A stretch of 64,000 bases of DNA, from NCBI RefSeq assembly GCF_009914755.1, contig NC_060936.1; one strand, written 5' to 3'. Below the pieces are notes generated by a model. It searched no databases and had not been told where the DNA came from. It worked only from the letters and a program-made list of their open reading frames with translations. Within the stretch, counting starts at the first letter, position 1. Each line of letters opens with the position of its first letter. The translations under genes and the position numbers were made by a program. Of this stretch, positions 56,871 to 64,000 are shown in pieces. Origin of the DNA: the human T2T-CHM13v2.0 reference genome, Homo sapiens.

Positions 56871-58342
56871 AGTTTAAGTGAGCACTTTCTACCAGCCAAG
56901 CGCTGCAGTAAGCACTGCAGTAAGTCTCTGATGTGCATTGTCTTCTCTAATCCTGACAACTCCAGGATATAAATATGGATGTTATTTCTATTTTTCCAGA
57001 TGCAGAAACAAAGGCACAGAGTGGTCAGGTCAGTAATGGAGCTGGGATGTGATCATCTGACTGCTAAGCATGCTATCCCACCCCTAGAAAGCTCTTCCTG
57101 AAGATGATTCCTTTGGTACTTGGAGGCTGTTTTATGTTCTTTTAATCTTCCCTGAGGGTGTTCATTCTGACATGTCTGTTTACCCCATCACTGTGAGCCT
57201 TTGAAGCTGGAGATCATCTTACTCATTTTTGCATCTTCACCAACCAGCAGAGACTCTGGCAGGTATTACAGTCAGTTAAATTCTGTTGAATTGACCTCTA
57301 TTAAAACGGGATCGGTGCTGGGAGGGGTATTCTAGGCAAAGTGCAGCCTCACCCATTTCTCCCCCTCCCCTTTCTCTCAGTCACCCTCCCTCATACCTTT
57401 TCAATGCCATGCTGTTCAAAAGTTTTTCAGGATGTGAAATTTTTAAACTAAAGATTATAAATAATGGTTACAGAAACAGATTCTATTTTGCTCTGCTCTA
57501 GTCTCTGAAGAGTTCAGGGCAGCAGTGGGTTAGTGGCCAGACTAGGAGCAGCTCTTATTCACAAGGGAGGTGAACTGGAAAGTATGTATACATCGCGTGT
57601 ACACACAGACATACATGTCTACTTTGTATAAACAGAGAGAAACAGAGCATAAGATTTTTCACATTTCTCCTGCTCTAACCACAGTATGTTGTTTTAGTTT
57701 ACTGGAGTGAATGATTATCCACTCCACAGAAAATTACTATTTTGGTTTTTGCTAAAGGGTGATTTGTTCTACAGTAGAGAAGTACAAAAAGACTAAGTTT
57801 CCAAAAGGAGTATTTTTGTCCTATAGCAGAGCACCAGGGTGCGGAAGGAAGAGTGCTGGCTTGGGGGATCAAGAATTCTGCATTTACACCCCTCTCTGTC
57901 CTGGACAAATTGTTGGCTTGGGGTAGGTCCCTTTCTGAATTTCAGAGTCTTTCCTGGGATTATTGCTCATCTATAAAATAAATATTTAAGAAGTAACCCC
58001 TGCCTTCCATTTTCTGCTCTGTAATCTGACCCCAGAGTAATTTTGGAAACTACGAGTGTAGGCGTGGGAGTCAAATGGACCCAAGTGAAGACTTAGTTTT
58101 GTTACATCTGGCTGGAGAGAGACTCAGGCTCTGGAAGTCCCTGTTTCCTCCTCTGTGAAATGGGAGTAATAACTGTCCCCACATTACAGGGTTGCTGTGG
58201 GGATTGTTGAAGGGGTACATGTAAACAGCTTGCTACTTGATACACGGCATGCCATTGATAAGTGGTTACAGTAAAAATAGTTGCAATAATGATAATGACC
58301 AAAACAATGTGCTAGGATATGGGGTCAGGGAAGAGATGGGAG

Positions 58343-58511
58343 GCTTAAAGCAGAGGACACAGTACCTGACCTCAAGGAGGTAAAACATATAAAACATTAA
58401 AACAAAAAGGCCCCCTCTGAATAGAGCTAAGACAGAGGACACAGTCCCTGGCCTCAAAGAGGTAAAACTTATAAAACATTAAAACCTTAAAGGACAACCT
58501 GAACTAAGCTG
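58343..58511 (+). repeat. Tandem duplication, period 82 bp
   Basis: cagaggacacagt(a/c)cctg(a/g)cctcaa(g/a)gaggtaaaac(a/t)tataaaacattaaaac starting at 58351 and 58433. Confidence 0.9.
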
Positions 58512-59207
58512 CAGGGACAGGCAGAGAGTGACAATATCAGGATTCAGAAGGGAGCAAGTGCTCCTCAGACTGACATGATCAGAGACTTCCCAGAGGTGGT
58601 GGGAGAGGAGCTGGTCCTTAACAGACGTTGCGGGGCAGGAAGGAAGAGGATGCGATTTCCAGGAGAGAATGAGATCGGCTTTCAGAGGTCAGTATACAGG
58701 CTGCTTTCATGGAGCAGAGTGTTTTTAATAAAATATAAGTGGAGCAAAGGCTTCTCTACTTTCTCAGTGAGTACAAATCCATAATCATTTTGTTCTTTCT
58801 ACTCAAAATTCTAAATCTGAAATTGACTTCAGTGAAGGGCTAGCTAGGTACTGAAGACTGCGTCGGTGTGGCTTGAGCACCAAGATATCTGCATTGTCCT
58901 GAAGCACGTGTGTAACTTATGGATGTGCCCTGGGCCAGCTGGGGGCGGGGGACAGTGAAGGTGTTCACAAGAACCAATGCCAGCTTTCCAGCTGTGCAGG
59001 CCCTCCAGGCACACAGGGAATTTGGCTGGAGAGTGCCGGAAGTCGAGTTCTCCCTGCTGTGTCTCCTGTACCAGCTTGCCCTTGTTATCTGTGGTTGGGC
59101 CACTCAGGAGTGCACATATCCAGAGTTATTCTGTTGAACAGGTCATGAATATGTGTGCTGAGACTCATGGTTTGCTGAGATTCTGTAAGAGGGTAAATTT
59201 TTAAGGA

Positions 59208-59221
59208 AACACACACACACA

Positions 59222-59261
<40 letters not shown>

Positions 59262-59268
59262 CACACAC
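59208..59268. repeat. (CA)n microsatellite
   Basis: About 28 CA units with two interruptions. Confidence 0.95.
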
Positions 59269-59484
59269 AGGAAAGACTAGCTAAGTTAGCATCTGCTTCC
59301 TTCCACCTCCCACCAGGTAACAAGGCCAACACTAGATTTCTAAAGACCCATTGAGAAGACCCATTCTGAGACTAGAAACCTGGGGTAGGAGGCAACTCAT
59401 TGCATCACAGTGGGCGCCAGCTTTACCACTGTCCCTTCATGCTGTGTCTGCTGAAGGGACTTGTCTGTAATTTCAGAATTCTTG

Positions 59485-59771
59485 TTTTTTGAGACAGGAT
59501 CTCGCTCTGTCACCCAGGCTGGAATGCAGTAGCACAATCACACCTTACTGCAGCCTCGACCTCCTGGGCCCTAGCAATCCTCTCACCTTGGTCCCACAAG
59601 TACCTGGGACCACAGGTGTGTGCCACAATGACCAGCTAATTTTTTAATTTTTGTAGAGATGAGGTCTCCCTGTGTTGCCCAGGCTGGTCTTGAACTCCTG
59701 GACTCAGGTGATCCTCCCACCTGAGCCTCCCAAAGTGCTGAGATCACAGGTGTGAACCACCACACCTAGCC
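59485..59771 (-). mobile_element. AluJ
   Basis: TSD cagaattcttg. Confidence 0.9.
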
Positions 59772-60464
59772 CAGAATTCTTGAATTATCCAGTGGAAGTG
59801 GGGAGAGAGTCCTTTCTTCCACCTTGCAATTACTGAATCCCCACAATATTCCCCACCAGTGAGGGGAATGTGGTGGGGGGTGCGTTGGAGCAGATTACGT
59901 TTGATTTCAAGAAATGAAGTGTGACATGTCTCGCACCCTAGATTTGAGGACTAAATTCTTTGTGCACTTTACTTCTGTTCTTAACTATCAACTACTGAAT
60001 AAAGGAGTAAGTTTTCTTCACTCCTTGCTCACATCCCCACCATTGCTCCAAGTAGAAAGCTCAGGCCAGCCCTGGTACCTCTGTGGCTAACTTTTCAAGA
60101 AGGTAGCAGAGTCTCCTGGACCTCACTATGGTCTAAAGAGGAATTGCTCAGTAGAACTGTTCCTTGAGAGCAGAGATGGTCCAGGAACCTGACCAGGTGA
60201 CAAGTAAGTATAGTATTTATACTTCCCATGCTCAGACATTCAAGTGCTTCAAATTAAGGGGTCACATTACAATTGCAGAATTTACAAAGCAAATCTCTAA
60301 GAACAATTCTGTGACCCTTGGATCCCTCAACCAGATCAAAGATCTAACAAAGGGTGAGGGTGGAAGAAGATTTGTGGAAAGAGTTCTTTTGGGGGGTCCT
60401 GTGCAATTTCCCTCTATCCTCCCAGGAGGGGAGAGAAAAAGGGTTCTACTTCCTTCGCCCAAGT

Positions 60465-61020
60465 CTAGTGCAATCATTCCCACAATCAATTTTACATTTT
60501 CATCATCCCAAAAGTAGTCCTGTGCCCATTAGAAGTCACTCCCCATTTCCCTCCAAACTCACCAGTGCTAGGGAGCCACTAATCTACTTTCTATCTCTAT
60601 AGATGTGCTTATTCTGGGCATTTCATATAAATGGAATTGTGTACTTTGCAGTATTTTGTGACTGGATTTTCCACTTAGCATAATGTTTTCAAGGTTCACC
60701 CATGTTATATCATGAATCAGTACTTTATTTCCTTTTTCCAGCCAAATAATATGCCAGCATTTATGAGATGGATGTTGGAGACCCACGTTTAGATATCTAC
60801 ATTTTAAAAAATCCATTCATCAGTTAATGGACATTTAGGCTGTTTCTACATTTTGGCTACTATGAATAATGCTGCTCTGAACATTAGTACACAAGTTTTT
60901 GTTTGGACATGTATTTTCATTTCTCTTTGATGTATATCTAGGAGTGGAGTTGCTGGGTCACATGATAACCTTTGAAAAACTGCCATGTTTAACCTTTTGA
61001 GGAACTGCCAGACTGTTCAC
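60465..61020 (-). mobile_element. L1MB 3' region
   Basis: ccactaatctactttctatctctatagat...cacttagcataatgttttcaaggttcacc. Confidence 0.85.
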
Positions 61021-61310
61021 TGAATTACTTTTAAAGAGATAGTGGGAGATAAATATAAAATTGTGTTTTGATTATGTCACAAGTTGTGCTTGTTCAACAT
61101 ATTGATTATAGATGAACTCAGCTGCCATCCCCCATCCACTCCTTCTGTAACCTTAGAGTTCAGGACCAGAGGACTTGAGGAGAGACAGGAGACAGAGAGA
61201 GAGAGAGAGAGAAATAGAAAGGGAGAAAGAGAGAGAGAGAAAGCGAGCCCAAGCTTGAGTAAGAGCACGAATAGGAGCTTAAAGACTAGGACAGTCATCA
61301 AAGATGACCT

Positions 61311-61641
61311 GGCCAGGCATGGTGGCTCACGCCTATAATCCTAGCCCTTTGGGAGGCAGAGGTGGGTGGATCACTTGAGCCCAGGAATTCAAGACCAGCC
61401 ATGGGCAACACGGTGAAACCTTGTCTCTACAAAAAAAAAAAAAAAAAAAAAAAAATTATCAGGTATGATGGCACATGCTTGTAGTACCAGCTACTTGGGA
61501 GGCTGAGGTGGGAGGATCACCTGACCTTGGGAAGGCTGAGGATGCAGCAAGCCGTGATCATGCCACTGCACTCCAGCCTGGGTGACAGAGTGAGATCCTG
61601 TCTCTCTCTCTATATGTATATACATATATATATATATATAT
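61311..61641 (+). mobile_element. AluJ with an expanded middle A-tract and (TC)n(TA)n tail
   Basis: About 25 A between the arms; tail converted to microsatellite. Confidence 0.9.
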
Positions 61642-61865
61642 AACTCAGGAGGGATCAGAATTGGATAAGAAGTGGTTTAGATTCAGAGGTCTGTGAGGCA
61701 ATTAAGCCAACAGTGTGTGCTTGGAATGGGCTCATTTGCCATTCAACACATATATGCCCACTATGTGGCTACTGTGTGCCAAGGACTATATTTAGGTAAG
61801 TCATGATTATATACACATTGTTTTACCCAATCATCACAAACACATGAAGTGGCTGGCATCATTCC

Positions 61866-62164
61866 TTTTTTTTTCTTTTTTTGAGATGGAGTCTCACTCT
61901 GTTGCCCAGGCTGGAGTGTAGTGGCATGATCTCAGCTCACGCAACCTCTGCCTCCTGGGTTCAAGCGATTCTTGTGCCTCAGCCTCCCGAGTAGCTGGGA
62001 CTACAGGTGTGTGCCACCATGCCTGGCTAATTTTTTGTATTTTTAGTAGATACGGGGTTTCACCATCTTGGCCAGGCTGGTGTTGATCTCCTGACCTCAA
62101 GTGATCTGCCTACCTCAGCCTCCCAAAGTGCTGGGATTATAGGCATGAGCCACTGCACCCAGCC
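61866..62164 (-). mobile_element. AluS inside a MIR
   Basis: TSD atcattcc. Confidence 0.92.
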
Positions 62165-62382
62165 ATCATTCCATTTTATAAATGAGAAAGCTCAGGTAAG
62201 TGACTGGATCAGGGTCATACAAGTATAAGAGCCAATCTGGGATTAGAAACCTTGTCTGCCTAACTTCAAGGCCAATGTTCTTGACTATTACATGACTCCC
62301 AGTTAGCCTGTACTCCTGAGCTTGCCCTGGCAGCTCCTGAAAGACCAGTTTTGCATGTCTCTAAAAACTCTTCTATGTAGAC

Positions 62383-62884
<502 letters not shown>

Positions 62885-63105
62885 CTTTGATGGCTTTGAG
62901 TTGTACGGACCTTTGCTCTTGGTCTTTGGCATCCAACTACCAATGTTCTAGTCAGGACCACGTGCATCCTTGAATATTATGGCTAATTGAGGATTTTAAC
63001 CTGTAACACTAACTCAACCATTTCTGGGGGGAAGACATGCCTATAAAACCTGACGTTTCATGACTCACAAAAATAGAAGCAAAGTCATATTAAATAAATG
63101 CACTG

Positions 63106-63420
63106 GGCCGGGTGCAGTGGCTCACGCCTGTAATCCCAGCACTTCGGGAGGCTGAGGCGGGTGGATCACCTGAGGTCTGGAGTTTGAGACCAACCTGACC
63201 AACATGGAGAAACCCTGTCTCTACTAAAAATACAAAATTAGCCAGGCGTGATGGCGCATGCCAGTAATTCCAGCTATTGGGGAGGTTGAGGCAGGAGAAT
63301 CGCTTGAACTCAGGAGGCAGAGGTGATGAGCCAAGCAAGATTGGGCCATTGCACTCCAGTCTGGGCAACAAGAGCAAAACTCTGTCTAGAAAAAAAAAAA
63401 AGAAGAAGAAGAAGAAGAAA
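63106..63420 (+). mobile_element. AluSp/Sq
   Basis: cctgaccaacatggagaaa; A/(GAA)n tail; TSD aaatgca. Confidence 0.92.
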
Positions 63421-64000
63421 TGCAGCAATTTTGTATGCATTTTCCTCTTTTACCTCTAACTAATAGTTAGCATAGTTTTAGGTTTATGTGAAAAATGTCG
63501 GTTGTAAGCCAGTGACCATATGATAGAAGCTGAAGTTGACAGAAGCCAGATCTTCTTCAACACAGTATTTCTTAAACTAGGGTCTGTATGTTCTACCAGG
63601 ATTTTAAAATATAGTATGTATTTTTCGCGGTAATCTTAAAATACTTCATCAGTTATAAAGAGAAAGATAAAACTTCTCTTTGTGCATGATTATTTGCCAT
63701 TCACAGCCATTTAGCAAAATGGCTTTTGTTTCTTATGGCAAATAAATTCTTTGGTTGGGGAGGAGGATAATTTTTTTTCCTTTAAAATGAGTGCGTATGT
63801 GTGTTATGGTTGAGAAATCCTGCTCCATCCCTTAGAATCTGATCACTTTTTAAGATATTCACCATTCCATATTCTTTCCAGATTTTTTACAGATTTTTTT
63901 CAGTTTTATTCAGCTTCTATTGTTTTCGTACAAACGGGAAAACTCGTGACGACACCCAGCTCTCACTATGTGACAGGCCACTGAGAGCAGGATAAACTGG

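Noticed and set aside
56436-56972. 178-aa ORF
   Set aside because: Pyrimidine-rich L2 sequence; chance absence of stops.

Overview
Repeat-rich primate intergenic or deep-intronic DNA, almost certainly human because it carries a near-consensus AluYd8. No intact protein-coding exon, RNA gene or CpG island is supported. The longer supplied ORFs mostly trace to Alu, L2, L1 or LTR sequence; the rest look like chance frames. Much of the window is Alu, MIR, L1, L2, MaLR/ERVL/ERV1 LTRs, a deleted ERVL provirus and hAT MITEs. The main discovery is a decayed but nearly full-length BED-finger hAT (Ac/ZBED1-like) transposase gene on the minus strand (~8340 to ~5400). It is invisible as such in the ORF track, seems to contain a GT-AG intron, and is broken by an MLT1 LTR. 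Other notable structures: a twin-primed (5'-inverted) L1PA insertion carrying a 3' transduction, several locally templated insertions or duplications (one copied from 37 kb away), a 26-bp fold-back hairpin, and a convergent CTCF-motif pair. Repeat subfamily names and protein comparisons come from recalled consensus sequences, not database searches. Boundaries of old repeats are approximate and identities were counted by hand.
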